Assembly (NCBI GenBank): GCA_040285825.1
Contig: JAUPSS010000004.1
Coordinates: 5,733,784 to 5,797,783, forward strand
Direction: 5' to 3'
From: Eukaryota sp. TZLM1-RC
Lineage: Eukaryota; Protista; Metamonada: BaSk clade
Length of the DNA: 64,000 nt
The translations under genes were made by a program, and so were the position numbers. Shown here one piece after another: positions 63,158 to 64,000 of this stretch (position 1 is the stretch's first letter; each line of letters opens with the position of its first letter). The notes below the pieces were generated by a model that had not been told where the DNA came from, made no database searches, and saw nothing but the letters and a program-made list of their open reading frames with translations.

Positions 63158-64000
63158 GACTTGGTTGTTTGGGAACATCCTAGGAATGCTCTGGTGACAT
63201 TGTAGTCTTACTGTGAGACTGTTGCCTGTGGATTTGTATTAGTAAAATATCTTATTTTTTATTTTTATGTTACATCTTTAAGGTTACTTTGGTATCGTTT
63301 GAACAGTCCATTTAGTAGTCAATACAACAGTCAATACGTTACATAATTCATGAAAACAAACCCTTGGCTGCTTTATGTCAAAATGTTCTACTCATTAACC
63401 CATTCCATTTACAGAATTTATTGATTTTGAATTCGAAAAACAAGTAGCAATAACACTGCTTCAGGTATACAATCGCATTCAATTGTGCCGATTGTACCTA
63501 TAACACATTTGTCAAAAATTGCGCTTTAAACAAAACTCTTGAGCTAATGAAATAACAACAAGAGGTCACATTGATGATTCTTGAATTGATTGCTTTTATT
63601 CTATTTCATTTTTAGTTGAACGTTGATAGATAACAAAATAAAAAATAACCCTAATGTGTTGAAATTCAATGAACCCAGAATTCCTCTACAAACTCATGCA
63701 ATAATTGATGTACAGTGTTGGGAAAAACACAACTCAAAAACTTGACTTAGTCCTATTCGAGTTGGAGTGAAGTTCAGACATTTTTGATTTTAATACACTT
63801 ATATTAAAATTGAACCATTCATCAATTAAGTTACACTTCAAAATACAGCATTTATATTGTTTCAATTTGTGGCGAGATTTTGAAGTAATGATTCTATTGC
63901 CTGTAACAAAGAGTTTTACTGGGGTGCAGCGTAATTGGACAGAGATGGGAATTTCGAGTTTAAGTTTACTTTAACCCAGTTTCAAGTTTTGGACCTTCTC

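Noticed and set aside
63712-63730. CAGTGTTGGGAA resembling the hAT TIR
   Set aside because: Single short match with no partner TIR or transposase within the window.

Overview
AT-rich eukaryotic DNA, probably from a compact-genome protist: introns are 29-32 nt, often with GTTTG donors, and the host ORFs read in the standard code. Positions 1-~35,800 contain no host genes. They form a nested island of single-ORF non-LTR retrotransposons of the CRE-like RLE type (N-terminal Zn motifs, RT, CCHC, restriction-like endonuclease). At least 7 families (my labels A-H) are inserted into one another up to four levels deep, and most junctions still show 6-16 bp target-site duplications (TSDs). Three divergent families (A, B, D) share one 5' leader/N-terminal module that can fold into hairpins. 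From ~36 kb onward, host genes (GCN2-like kinase, RPC3, LSM14, CCT4, CCDC93, a CHY Zn-finger protein) alternate with older, decayed CRE copies. This part also holds a second small CRE nest, a hAT remnant carrying a gag-only LTR element with three LTRs, and a frameshifted Fanzor1 (TnpB-like RNA-guided nuclease) gene. All coordinates were read by eye and may be off by a few bases.
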